A DNA stretch of 64,000 bases from the human T2T-CHM13v2.0 reference genome, Homo sapiens, in NCBI GenBank assembly GCA_009914755.4, contig CP068257.2, positions 43,872,001 through 43,936,000 of the forward strand, in the 5' to 3' direction. A program made the position numbers and the translations under genes. Shown here piece by piece: positions 20,150-33,611 of the stretch (position 1 is the stretch's first letter; each line of letters opens with the position of its first letter). The notes under the pieces were generated by a model. It did no database searches, was not told where the DNA came from, and was given only the letters and a program-made list of their open reading frames with translations.

Positions 20150-21040
20150 GGGCCTTGGAGACTCACCTGTCCTGAGCGTTCACCCCTGGGCTTCGGAGGC
20201 TCACCCGCCCTGAGCGTTCACCCCTGGGCCTCGGAGACTCACCTGCCCTAAGCGTTCACCCCTGGGCCTTGGAGGCTCATCACCCTGAGTGTTCACGCCT
20301 GGGCCTTGGAGGCTCACCTGCCCTGAGTGTTCACACCTGGGCCTCGGAGGCTCACCCGCCCTGAGTGTTCACACCTGGGCCTCAGAGGCTCACCCACCCT
20401 GAGCGTTCACCCCTGGGCCTTGGAGGCTCACCTGTCCTGAGCGTTCACCCCCGGGCCTCGGAGACTCACCTGCCCTGAACGTTCACCCCTGGGCTTCGGA
20501 GGCTCACCCGCCCTGAGTGTTCACCCCTGGGCCTCGGAGACTCACCTGCCCTAAGCGTTCACCCCTGGGCCTTGGAGGCTCATCACCCTGAGTGTTCACG
20601 CCTGGGCCTTGGAGGCTCACCTGCCCTGAGTGTTCACACCTGGGCCTCGGAGGCTCACCCGCCCTGAGTGTTCACACCTGGGCCTCAGAGGCTCACCCAC
20701 CCTGAGCGTTCACCCCTGGGCCTTGGAGGCTCACCTGTCCTGAGCGTTCACCCCCGGGCCTCGGAGACTCACCTGCCCTGAACGTTCACCCCTGGGCTTC
20801 GGAGGCTCACCCGCCCTGAGTGTTCACCCCTGGGCCTCGGAGACTCACCTGCCCTAAGCGTTCACCCCTGGGCCTTGGAGGCTCATCACCCTGAGTGTTC
20901 ACGCCTGGGCCTTGGAGGCTCACCTGCCCTGAGTGTTCACACCTGGGCCTCGGAGGCTCACCCACCCTAAGCGTTCACCCCTGGGCCTTGGAGACTCACC
21001 CGCCCTGAGTGTTCACACCTGGGTCGGGGGTGTTGTACCC
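20150..21040. repeat. ~38-bp tandem repeat organised into a ~302-bp higher-order repeat (about 3 higher-order copies), SLC19A1 intron
   Basis: Units such as tcacctgccctgagcgttcacccctgggcctcggagac. The marker ctcatcaccctgagtgttcacgcctgg recurs at about 20275, 20578 and 20880. Confidence 0.85.
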
Positions 21041-21928
21041 AGAGGGCTCTGTGGCACAGGGCCACGTGGCCTGCCAGCGTGGACAGGCCCTAATGACACT
21101 CTTGGGCTGAAGAATGCATTTCGATGAGTGAGCAACAGCCATCCTCACCTAACAGGCATTTGTGAGCCGAAGGGGATGCCTGCTATTGCCCGGGCCTTAC
21201 CCTGAGCTCTGGAGTCACTGAAGCTGAACAGACTCCGCACCCTCAGAGGATCAGGACTAACCCTGACAGTCCTCCTGCCCAGTGAGACCTGGGCCCCAGG
21301 TGGACAAAGCCCTTGTCCCACCCGCCAAGGGCATCTGTCTAGCTGCAGGCTGGGGCAGTCCTGAGGAGCCTGGAAGGACCTCTCACACCACGCCCACCAT
21401 GGCTGATTCCAGCTCACTCGGAGACCCGGCCTTGGCTGGGACCCTCAGGAGTTAAATGTGTGTTTTCCAGCTCTTCTCAGAAGCAGCAGAGGCCCGCGAG
21501 AGGTGGGAAAGGGGAGGGCACCCGCAGAGGCCTGCGCGCTGACACTGCTGAGTGGCTCTGCTCAGCTCTCCTTCCTGAAGAGGACAAAGGTCACGTGGCC
21601 TCCAGCCAGGGCTCAAGGACACCAAGTTCCGGCAGCCACAGGCAGAGAGCGGAGACAAGGACAGCTCCGCCGTGGCGAGCAGAGGCTCAGCTGCTCCCAC
21701 TGAGGCCCAGGGCCTGACGGAGGCTCCCGCCCACAACAACTGAGCCCCGCTAGGGTCTCTCTCACTTCCTGCTCTCGCTGGCCTGGTGTGTCCCACTGGA
21801 AGCCCCAGGCCCGCACCCTGTGCCCCCAGCCCACAGTGGGCTCCACATCAGGCGGGCACCAGGAGGCCTCAACAATGTCCCCACAAGTAGCTTCCATCCC
21901 CGAGGACGCAGGCCTGAAATGGGCTCAC

Positions 21929-22070
21929 CTGCTTGCGGACCGGGAGGCCCAGGCCCCGCACGTCCGAGACAATGAAAGTGATGATGGTCTTGACGATGGT
22001 GGCAAAGAACGTGTTGACCCCGAAGACCAGGGCACAGAGCTCTTTAGACAGAGAAGATGCAATCTGAAAG
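21929..22070 (-). CDS. SLC19A1: SLC19A1 coding exon 4: (T)FQIASSLSKELCALVFGVNTFFATIVKTIITFIVSDVRGLGLPVRKQ
   Basis: Acceptor ccgttcag|C, donor CAG|gtgagc. 1+141 nt. Completes the Thr codon carried over from exon 3. Confidence 0.92.
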
Positions 22071-22593
22071 CTGAACGGGAAGAGCGGGCAGATCAGGCGC
22101 TGCTGGGAGAATAAGCAGCAGCCACAGGGAAAAGCCTGCAGCCCGGCTCCCACCAGCCCATGACCCGCCCGGCAGCCACGGGGTCCCAGGGCACGCACAA
22201 GCCCCCCACCAGGCCCCCATCTCTCCCACACATGCCCGCCCCTGCCAGGCAGGAGCCAGCACCCAGGCCACCCTCGAGGGGCCATTCTGGGAGCTGCCGT
22301 GTCCCCCTGGCTCAGTACAGAGTGAGGGTCCCTTATCCAAAATGCCTGGGGCCAGTAGTTTTGGATTTGGGAATATTCACATGTCCATAATGAGATGTCT
22401 TGAGGATGGAACCCAAGTCTAAACACGAAATGCATTTATGCTCATATGCACTGTACACACACAGCCAGAAGGTGATTTTATATAATACCTGACAAACATT
22501 TGCAAGCCAAAGGGGTTGCCTGCTACTGCCCAGGGCCTCACCCTGAGTTCTGGAGTAATTTTGTGCATGAAGAAACTTTTGACCGTGTTCTGA

Positions 22594-23002
<409 letters not shown>

Positions 23003-23219
23003 TAGGGATGCTGAACCTATACAATGGGTGTCACAAAACACAAACTCGAGAAGATACCTGGAAGGGCTCCCATGAGCTCTGGGACAGACCAGGTCACGGG
23101 CGTCTCAAAACATTCAGAAAATCATCATCAAGAGAACCTCTGGGCACAGACAGAAAAGTCTAGAATGAAAGTCTTTCACGGTTAAATGTTTGATAAATTA
23201 GAAGAGCAGTGAAACCACA

Positions 23220-23830
23220 GAGTCGGTGAATGAGCAGCAGCCAGGCAGGGCAGGCCCTGGAGTTGAGTGGCAGCTGGGCAGAGCAGGCCCTGGAGGTGAG
23301 TAGCAGCTGGGTATGCCCGGGAGGGCCCTGGAGGTGAGTGGCAATTGGGGGGGAGGGGGGCCTGGAGGCGGGGCAGGCCCTGGAGGTGAATAGCAGCTGG
23401 GTATGCCCGGGCAGGCCCTGGAGGTGAGTGGCAGCGGGCAGGGTGGGCCCAGGAGGTGAGAGGCAGCCAGGCAGGGCAGGCCCTGGAGGTGAGTGGCAGC
23501 AGGTTAGGACGGGCCCTGGAGGTGAGTGGCAGCGGGCAGGGTGGGCCCTGGAGGTGAGTGGCAGCCAGGCAGGGCGGGCCCTGGAGGTGAGTGGCAGTCA
23601 GTTACTGCGGGCCCTGGAGGTGAGTGGCAGCCGGGCAGGGCGGGCCCTGGAGGTGAGTGGCAGCCAGTTACTGCGGGCCCTGGAGGTGAGTGGCAGCCGG
23701 GCAGGGCGGGCCCTGGAGGTGAGTGGCAGCCAGTTACTGCGGGCCCTGGAGGTGAGTGGCAGCAGGGCAGGGTGGGCCCTGGAGGTGAGTGGCAGCCAGG
23801 CAGGGCGGGCCCTGGAGGTGAGCGGTGGCA
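23220..23830. repeat. ~30-bp minisatellite (gcagggcaggccctggaggtgagtggcagc)n, about 20 copies, SLC19A1 intron
   Basis: Periodic repeat seen. Each unit contains an AG|GTGAGT splice-donor-like motif on the plus strand. Confidence 0.9.
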
Positions 23831-25539
23831 TGAACATGTCCAGGAATGAAGGCACCACATTCCTGACATGGAGAGGTGACACGCCAGGCTTCTGGTGCTC
23901 TGCAAAGAAACTAGTCTTCCGATGCAGTTCCAATTAAAATCTGCAAAGTGCTTAAAAAAAAAAAAAAAAAGAACTGGACAAAAAATGTCCTAAAGTTCAC
24001 CTGAAGAAAAAATAAACAAAAATGCCCAGGAACCCTTTGGAGAAGGGCAGAGGTGTCTGTGCTGCTGGGCACTGGAGACGGGGGGACAGTGGGGACAGTG
24101 GAGGCTCGGGGGCAGGCAGGCGGGCGGGCAGCAGGGAGGACGAGAGAAGCACACAGAGGTCCCGGTGAGCAGGTCAGTGGGATGAAGGGCAGACGAACAA
24201 CAGGGAGAACTGAGCACAAACACGAGCTTCTGGATGCCAGCGCTGGGCAGGGCAGAGCCCAGGCCAGCCCCCAGGGTGCTTCCAAGGACACTCAGAAACA
24301 CTGTGAGTTGAATTAAAGGCAGACGAGTGTGGGGCGTGATGGGGGCACAGGTGATTGAAAATACATGATACAGATGAATGCTCCCCAGATCAGCAGGGAG
24401 GAAAGCGAGTCCCAACAGAGTCAGGAGACACACAGGGGCCACTCAGTCCACAGCAGGCCGGCCGGCCTCACTCTGGTTAAGGAAAGGCTGGGAGCCCAGC
24501 CGGCCCGTCAGGGGCTCAGGGAGGGTGGGGAGGCCACTCCACCATCCTGACGGGGAGGAAGCCCGCATGCCGGCCTGCAGGATACCTGCAATATTGACAG
24601 AAACCTGCTTTCAAAAGCACGTACTCTCCAACCTGGCCATTCCCCTTCCAGGAATCCACCTGAGAGTCATTATTAGAATTTGGAAACAAAAATGTAGGTA
24701 GAAGGGCATTCATCTCAGTGTTTTCCTCGTGTAAGAAAAATGGAAATGGTGACTTTACCCATAGACTGGGGATGGGTTGTAAGGCCCACCACTCATGACC
24801 GGGAGTGACCACCTGCATCTGTGAGTGACCATCTGCATCTGTGTCTGGCATCAACCCAACACAGACAAGCAGAAAATGCTGGGATTCCCCGTAGCAAACA
24901 GCAGTTTTCTGCTTTGCACGCTGCTGCACCGTGTTGGATTTTTTTGCGATGGGCATCAATGACTTTATAACTAAAACCTTTCAGGCGTTGTCCCCCTGGC
25001 TGCAGCAATGGGACAGCACAATGGCAGAGGCCCTGGCCCTTTCCACAGTGCTGGCAGGTCAGTGGGGGGGCCCAAGCAAGATCACGCTGGGCCTTCACGA
25101 GCCAGGGACGGCAAGAGCCCAGTGTGGGCCTCGGGGAGCCTGGAGAAGGCGGCCACACAGGAGCAGAAGGGGCCCCGAGTATGGCAGGGGCGGGAGAGAA
25201 GGGTGGGCCGGGCTGCCCATGCCGGGAGACTGCTGCCTGCATGTGGGGAGGATGGGGAAGTACAGGGCCGGGCACATCCAGGCAGGATGCTGCAGGGGTG
25301 AGGCCACCGACACAGAGGGCCCAATGCAAGGGTCAGGAGGGTGCTCTCAGCTCAAACAGGCTCGTGACCAGCATAAGGCCCAGGGGGATGACCCACGGAG
25401 GGAGGGAGATAGGGCTCGGAGGCCACCCTGGAGGGGAAGCCCAGGAAGGGGAACTGAGCTGGGGCCAAAGTCCTCCCAGCGGGCAGGAAAGAGGGGGCAG
25501 GTCCAGGGAGCAGGACCCTGTGAGCACACAGGGTCAGTG

Positions 25540-26440
25540 TCTGAGTGTGTCAGTGTGTGTGGTCTGAGTATGTGGTGGGAGTGTGTCAATGTGTGGGTGT
25601 CTCCATGTGTGAGCGTGTGTCCATGTGTGAACGTGTGTGTCCATGTGTAAACGTGTGGTGTGTCCATGTGTGAACGTGTGGTGTGTGTCCATGTGTGAGC
25701 ATGTGTTGTGTGTCCGTGTGGTGTGTGTCCATCTGAGCGTGTAGCATGTCTATGTGTGCTGTGTCCATGTGTAAGCATATGGTGTGTTCATGTGAGTGTG
25801 GTGTATCCATCTGTGAGTGTGTGGTGTGTCCATGTGAGTGTGTGGTGTGTCTGTGTGGTGTGTGTCCATGTGTAAGCATATGGTGCATTCATGTGAGTGT
25901 GGTGGGTGTCTGTGAACATGTGGTGTGTCCCTGTGAGTGTGTGTGTGTCCGTGTGTAGTGTGTGTCCATGGGTAAGCATGTAGTGTGTTCATGTGAGTGT
26001 GGTGGGTGTCCGTGTGTGTGGTGTGTGTCCATGTGTAAGTATGTGATGCATTCATGTGAGTGTAGTGGGTGTCCATCTGTGAGCATGTGGTGTGTGTTCG
26101 TGTGTGGTGTGTCTGTGTGGTGTATCCATCTGTGAGCGTGTGGTGTGTTCATGTGAGTGTGCATTGTGTGTCCGTGTGTGTGTGGTGCGTCCATGTGTAG
26201 TGGGTGTCCATGTGTGATATATCCATGTGTGAACATGGTGTGTGTCCGTGTGTGTGGTGTGTTCATGTGCGATATATCCATGTGTGAGTGTGGTGTGTTT
26301 GTCCATGTGTGCACGTGTGGTATGTGTTCATGAGTGTGTGGTGAGTGTCCATCTGTGCGCATGTGGTGTGTGTTCATGAGTGTGTGTGTGTCCATGTGTG
26401 AGCGTGTGGTGTGTGTGTGGTGTGAGTGCCTGGTGTGAGT
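25540..26440. repeat. Degenerate GT-rich tandem repeat (gtgtgtccatgtgtgagcgtgtg-like units), SLC19A1 intron
   Basis: Periodic GT-rich composition. His/Thr-rich artefact ORFs on the minus strand. Confidence 0.8.
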
Positions 26441-26787
26441 GTAAGCTGAGGATGAACTCACACAGGTGCAAGCTCCCGCTCCTGCCTGGATGGGGTCTCA
26501 GCAGCCCGGGGCCTAGAGGGTGGGGTTGGGAGCAGGGCAAGGCTGTGAGCCCAGCAGGCTTCAGAGAGGAGCGTGGAGGGCCTGGGGGAGCAGCAAGACG
26601 GCACAGGAAGGGACGCCCGAGGTCCCAGGGAGAGGCAAGTGGGGACCCTGGTCAGCTCCAGGTGGCTGGCGGGGCCAGCAGTGGCACAGCCGCTGGGGCG
26701 CAGCAGGAAGGTGGGAGCACCCAGCGAAGCGCGGGGCTTGATCCTGGCGCCTGCCCGCCCCCGGCTTCCCACCCTTCTGGAACTCAC

Positions 26788-26989
26788 GTGGCGATGGGCA
26801 CGAGGAACTGGTAGGAGCCGCGGAACAGCACGAAGGCCGCATAGCACAGCCAGATGCTGCTCGGGTGGCGCGTGTGCGCCAGAAGGAAGACCAGCCCCGC
26901 CTGCGTGGCCGTGACGCCCGCGATGAGCAGCTTGGACCAGCGCGCCCAGCGGATCTTCACGAAGCCCGCGGCGAAGGACGTGATGGCGC
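26788..26989 (-). CDS. SLC19A1: SLC19A1 coding exon 3: (G)AITSFAAGFVKIRWARWSKLLIAGVTATQAGLVFLLAHTRHPSSIWLCYAAFVLFRGSYQFLVPIA(T)
   Basis: Acceptor tcccctctcag|GC, donor AC|gtgagt. Phases 1 to 2 fit both neighbouring exons. Confidence 0.92.
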
Positions 26990-27039
26990 CTGAGAGGGGA
27001 GGGATGGGGCGTTGCAGCGGCCCTGGGGGGCCACGGGGC

Positions 27040-27600
27040 AGGGGGAGGTAGCGGGAGCTTCTGAGGAAAGGTATCCACGGGGCAGGGGGCGGGGACGGGG
27101 AGCCTCCGGGGAAGGATCCACGGGGCAGGGGGAGGTGGCAGGGAGCCTCCGGGGGAAGGATCCACGGGGCAGGGGGCGGGGAGGGGGAGCCTCCGGGGGA
27201 AGGATCCACGGGGCAGGGGGAGGTGGCGGGGAGCCTCCGGGGGAAGGATCCACGGGGCAGGGGGAGGTGGCGGGGAGCCTCCGGGGGAAGGATCCACGGG
27301 GCAGGGGGAGGTGGCGGGGAGCCTCCTGGGGAAGGATCCACGGGGCAGGGGGAGGTGGCGGGGAGCCTCCGGGGGAAGGATCCACGGGGCAGGGGGAGGT
27401 GGCGGGGAGCCTCCGGGGGAAGGATCCACGGGGCAGGGGGAGGTGGCGGGGAGCCTCCGGGGGAAGGATCCACGGGGCAGGGGGAGGTGGCGGAGAGCCT
27501 CTGGGGGAAGGTATCCATGGGGCAGGGGGCGGGAGAGGGAGCCTCCGGGGGAAGGATCCACGGGGCAGGCGGAGGTGGACGGGAAGCCTCTGCGGGAAGA
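27040..27600. repeat. 44-bp minisatellite (about 12 copies; unit gggaaggatccacggggcagggggaggtggcggggagcctccgg) in the SLC19A1 intron between coding exons 2 and 3
   Basis: Periodic repeat seen. It produces the repetitive LPPEAPRHLPLPRGSFPRRLPATSPCPVDPSPGGSPPPPPAPWI artefact ORFs. Confidence 0.9.
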
Positions 27601-27626
27601 AGCCTCGGGGACCAGGGCATGCGTAC

Positions 27627-28386
27627 CCAGCAGCGTGGAGGCAGCATCTGCCGCGCCGTTGTAGACCCGCGCACTGTTGGTGGTGGGGTCCACCTCGTTC
27701 CACAGGATGTGCACGTAGTAGACCACCAGGTAGTAGCCGGCCGAGTTGAAGACCCACCAGAGGGACCACAGGCGCAGCTGCGGCCGCCGCAGGCTGTCCC
27801 CCAGCTCCCGCAGCATCCGCGCCAGCACTGAGTCCCCACAGGCCACCCGCAGGGCGTGTCCCAGCTTCCCGCCTGGGCCGGGATTCATGCGCTCCAGCTC
27901 CGAAGCCGAGGTTTCGCACCGCCCCCGGTCGTCGCGGTTGAAGAAGAGGCTGCGCTTGGGGCGCTTCAGGAAGAGGGCGAGGACCACGCTGAAGGTGAGG
28001 AAGGCCAGCGAGATGTAGTTGAGCGTGGAGAAGGAGACTCGGCCCACAGTGACCAGCAGCTGGCCCAGCACGGAGCTGGTGAACACGCCCAGCAGCACCG
28101 CAGCGCGCGAGTAGCCGGCCACACGCTGGTAGCGCGCGGGCCGCACGAGAGAGAAGATGTAGGAGGAATAGGCGATGCGCGCGGCCATGGTGACGCTGTA
28201 GAAGAGCTCCATGAGCTGCATGTGCGCCACCGAGTGGCCCAGCAGCAGCAGCAGCCACACCGACACGAAGCTGAGCCCCTGCAGCAGCAGCACCGGCGTG
28301 TAGCGCAGGTAGTCGGTGAGCAGGAACACGGGCACCAGCACGGCCAGGTAGGAGTACGACAGCACCGGCGTGATCTCGTTCGTGAC
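27627..28386 (-). CDS. SLC19A1: SLC19A1 coding exon 2 (760 nt), VTNEITPVLSYSYLAV...NSARVYNGAADAASTLL(G), covering transmembrane domains 2-7 of the major-facilitator-superfamily fold
   Basis: Acceptor ccgcag|GTCACG, donor CTGCTGG|gtacgc. It is the in-frame part of the 651-aa minus-strand ORF that the track gives at 26458..28413. Confidence 0.92.
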
Positions 28387-28423
28387 CTGCGGACAGGCGG
28401 GCGTGCGCCCCACCAGGCGTTAG

Positions 28424-29017
<594 letters not shown>

Positions 29018-32000
29018 TAAACAATATGGAAAACACAGCTGTAACCCATACACATTCACACCAGCACAAGCTCCTTCCATCCTTCCTGGAGAGAGACAAA
29101 AACAGAAGACACAGAAAGGAAGGGCAGGATCAGGGACAGCAGGTTCGTGGGAGGGACTGTTCGTGGGGGAACCCGGCAGGGGAAGAAAGACAGGAAGGGG
29201 AAGAAGGGGAAAGAGAGGAAGTGGGGTAGGGCAGAGGGCCCTGGGCTGCACACTCCCATCTCACACTTGTCCCCAGAGCAAGGTCTTTAAGGCCAGACTC
29301 CAACCCAGGAGCAGGGAGGGGGGCAAACGCCCCTGTAGCCGCCCTGCACCCTCCCAGGAGGGGGAGCACAGGCTGTCAGCCTGCCCACCCCCACCTCCTC
29401 CATCACATGTTATGTGGGAACCCAGCTCCACAGCCTTGGCCACTGAGCTGCTGGTGGACACTCCAGGCCTGGCTTCCATGCCTGTGGCCTCAACACACAT
29501 CCACCTTCCATGGGAACGTGGGCATGGGGCTGGGGGTGCTACCTCCTACAGGACAAGGTCAGAGGACACTGCCCCAGACTACTACAGGCAGGCACCAAAC
29601 GTCCTCAGTTGTCTTGGCAGGGGCCAGGGCTGCTGTGGGCACACCTGGGCACACCTGGGCACAGTCCAGAGGAAGAGGCCCCACCCCTGTGAGGCCAAGC
29701 CGCTTGCCTTGCCCCTCCCTGGGGACTGATGTGGGAGCCACCCTATGCTTGGAGCCTCCCCTGGGGCCCAGGTGCATTTTCAGCAGGTGGCCCCGCCCAC
29801 AGGCCCCACCAGACCCCACCTCAGATCCACTGGAGGTTGGTACCAGATGAGCCAGCAGGGCCCTGCTGGACTCTGGGCCTCCAGCAGGCCCCACCCGACT
29901 CAGGCCTGACCACCAGTAACCCCACAGCCCCACTCGTGCTGCCCCAGGTGACCTCAGCCCCTGCCAGCCACACTTGGCAGGACCAAACCCTGGGTCAGCA
30001 CGTGGGGTGCTGCGCCGAGCCACGCCGCCTCCCCGGGGGCTCTCAGCCTCGTGTCTGGCACACCCAAGATGTGTGGCCCGATGTGCTCAGAGCCCGGCCA
30101 CCGGCTACTGTGAACAGCTGGGCAATAGGACCCTGCAGCCAGGCCGGCATGCTGAGAAGCTTCCCAGGGGCTCAGGGGAAGGCTGCCCAGAGACCCCACC
30201 TCAGGGCACCCTGAGGTCGCACCCTGGAGCCTGCACCCTCATGGAGGCCAGGCTGACCCAAAGGCTGTGGTCCCAGCAGCACCAGGCACCCAAGGTCCCT
30301 CCGGCACTCCGTCCTGCTCAGGACATTCCGGGACACTCTGAGGGCAGGTTATGTGCCAGGAGGCTGAGTGAGCCCGCCGGGTCACAGAGAGCCTCAGGGC
30401 CAGCCATCGGCTTCTGCACTGTGTTTACAGCAATGTCCTGGGGACATCAAACAGCCCCTCTGTGGGCAAGCTCTCCTGGCTGATGGCCTGCTCGACTGGG
30501 GGAGGCTCCTCCTCAGGGCCAGCCCAGGGAACCCCTGCAGATTCCGAAAGAAGCGGCTCAGAGGCAGGGGTCCTCCTAGGACCTCAGGGACCCCCGACCC
30601 CCAGACACAGGAGGCTGCGTGGGGGCATGACAGCCCCAGCCCCTGGCCGGGGCACAGGTCCTGCCCACAGCCCAGAGTCAAAATGGTAGACAGCCAGCAG
30701 AGAGGCTCTCCCCAGACCCCACGGCTCTCTGGAAAAGGGCGGCCAGGGGTCCTAGAAGCCTCACCCACCTCCGAATGAATGGAGCATGCCTCATTTCCTC
30801 TTCCACCAGGAGCTGGCTCTGCAGGCTGGGGCCTCATCAGGCACCTCCTGGTCTTAGTTGAGGGTCTGAGCGCAGAGCTCCCCCTTGGCAGCCACCCAGA
30901 GCCCTCCCGCTCCTCTCCCTGCACCTCCTCAACGGCCCCTACTCCCTCTTCCTCAGCCTTGGCAGGCAGACAGCAGGGAGGCTCTGCCCAGAGCTGTGAC
31001 CTGCGTCCCACTTACAAGGCTGCTGGGGGAGGGGCCCTCACAACGGTCCCAGCAGGGAGGTGGCATCTGTCAGGCGGCCACGACTCTGACACGAGGACAG
31101 CCTCCTGCTGCCTGAGCCCAGCGTCGGCCCTGCTCTCCACAGGTCTTGGTTGGGGTCCAGGCTGAATGGGCAGAGTGCAGGCAGCTGCGCCCAAATCTAC
31201 GTCCAGACGGCCTCAGGGCGGCTTCTCTGAACAGGGAGGCGGGAAGGTGGGCAAGGCCCGAAGGCAGGCAGGACGCGAGGGCAGGGCCAGGCGTGGGGCA
31301 GCAGGACTGGATGCCACAGAAGGGCACCCAACAGGGGCTGGCTGGGGACGGGGCATGGGCCGCAGGTCAGGAGGGACTGCTGTGCACAGGGTCCTGGGCC
31401 GGGGGGTCTCCCTGGAGGAGGGCGGGGGCTGCAGCTCCCACCACACAGCACAGTTCCAGCGGGGGCCCAGGCAACCTCAGTGCACCCAGGAGCACCTCAC
31501 GGACTCGGCCGGGGAAAGCGCTCTCAGCTGACACTCAAAGCAGAAACCCTGGAGGGAAATTTGGCCAAATTCAAAATGACTCCAGAGAAACACCGTATGT
31601 AACACACAACCAGTCCAATCCCAAGGGCACGGGGTCCCCAGGAGGCAGAAAAGGGAACCAGGTCCGAGGAGGACAGCAACCACAGGGCTGCCAGGAAACA
31701 CTGGCCCACGGCGGGAGAAATGGCGGCAGAGCAAATGTGAGCAAAGGAAACCACGCTCCTCACAGCGGCCAGACGGCCGGCGCTCAGCAGCCCACCCGAG
31801 CTGGTGAGGGGAACGTGGGCAGCCCGTGGCAGGCTGCAGAGGAAGCAGCATTCGCCCCAGGAGTGAACTGGAAGTGCCAGCCCGGGCCAGCTGGGTCAAG
31901 GCCCACTGCCTGAGGCTGCCGGCTCGTGCTCTACCTGCAGCCATCACCTGCAGTGGGAGAAGCCGGAATCCCCTAATCACCTCCAGCAAAGCAGCAGATA

Positions 32001-32189
32001 AGCACCTTGTAGTTCAACCCAGGAGGCGCAGCTTAAGAACAGCCTCGAACCCACGTGGAACGTCTCTCAAGTCAGATTGGGCAGGAGAGCAACTTGCGAA
32101 AGCTGGGTCACAAGACACCACTTACGTGAACTTCCTAGACACAAGCCTGGCAACAACAGGGGCTGGCGAGTCCTGGCAGGCTGGGCCTC

Positions 32190-32340
32190 CCTTGCCCCCA
32201 AAGCTGCTCCCCGCCCACCTACTGGTGGCTGCCCCTGCACCCCGGCGCCCACGTGCCTGCTCCCGCGTGAAGTTCTTGTCGGGCCCCAGGAGGGAGGGCG
32301 TGATGAAGCTCTCCCCGGGCCTCTCCTGCAGCCAGAGGGG
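32190..32340 (-). pseudogene. Intronic partial copy of the 3' part of the SLC19A1 first coding exon (…PGESFITPsLLGPDKNFTREQ), plus its donor and one repeat unit: a pseudo-exon fragment
   Basis: About 75 nt near-identical to 34131-34205, including GAGCAG|gcacgt. The upstream part of the exon is absent. Confidence 0.7.
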
Positions 32341-33611
32341 CTGAGATCGGGGGCCCCACCAAGTGGCAGGTGCGCAGAGCACCTGCACCCATCGTCCCTC
32401 TGATGATATCCAAGGCCTGGTGGAATGGCTTAATTTCTGGAATCTACTTTTTAATCCGTTAATGTACAACATGAGAGGGCAGGCAGATGGGATTTAAACA
32501 TTTTTGCTCTAGAGACTTTTCTTATTTTGTTATTTTAAGGGAAACGCCACACATAATGCTCACCCCTATAAATAACCTTGGCGGTGGACAGTGGCCCTCC
32601 ACTAAGAGCAGAGATGCCATCTGGTCAGTGGGTGGCAGGGAGAGGGACGGACTGGCCAGGAGCAGAAGGCATTTCATGAGGGGTCAAGGAGATGGCTCCG
32701 CCACTCCAGCCCCAGCCCCGCCACCGACAGCCGGGGCCAGGGCAAGACCCTGTCCTCGCCTAGAAAGTGACCCAGCCTGGCGGTTAGCAGTGCTGGCCGT
32801 GGGACGAGACACAATCACACCGCACGGTGCTCTGAGCTGGGCACGCGGGAAGGGCAGCACCTCCACTGTCCCAATAGCACACTCCTCGGCTGCACATCAG
32901 TTTCACAATTCTAGGGTCTGGGAGGGTTGGGGTCCGGCTTCCGGCCAGGAGACACAGGGAACAAGAGGCATGCCGAGCGTCAGCCATGTGGGAGCAGAGG
33001 ACGGGGTCAGCGGCTGGGATGGGCAGGTGAGCAGGCCCAGGGCCCTGGGATGGGGTGTCGGGGTGACCAGCTGGGCTGGCAGCCTGTGAGAGCGCTTTTC
33101 CAGGCTCTTCCTGTGCAGATGTGCCTTATGGACAAGGACCCCACAGCTCCAGGAGGAAACTGCTTCGGATACGGCCGCTCCCGCCTCCACCGCTCATGTG
33201 ACCTGAGAGACCCGTGACTGGGCATAAGCCTATTAGAACAGTTTCAATAAGACCCTTTGTCCTCATGGCTGAGTAAAATGAAAATTCCTTCAATAATCTC
33301 TTTAGGTAAATAGCCACTAAGTCTCTGTGGAAGGCAGGTGCCCAGCAGGGTTGGACGTGGGCTTCCTCACCAGGAGGGCCGATGAGCACGGCCTGGCGGG
33401 TGGGGTGGGGCAGGCTCTCTCTCTGCAGGACACAATATCACTTTTTATCTAGCCTGGTTACTAGGCCGAAGCCAGGCCCCTCCATCTGATGGTGCCCGCT
33501 GCTGGGAGTGTGAGACCCCAGCCGGGTTCCCTCCGGGACCATATTATCAGCTGACACGGCCACTCACCCGCTCCAGCCTCAAGTGCTCACACATCCAACA
33601 GGAAAAGCGCC

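Noticed and set aside
23428-23937. 169-, 133- and 111-aa ORFs with repeated ALEVSGSRAGR / LTSRARPARLP motifs
   Set aside because: Translation of the 30-bp minisatellite.
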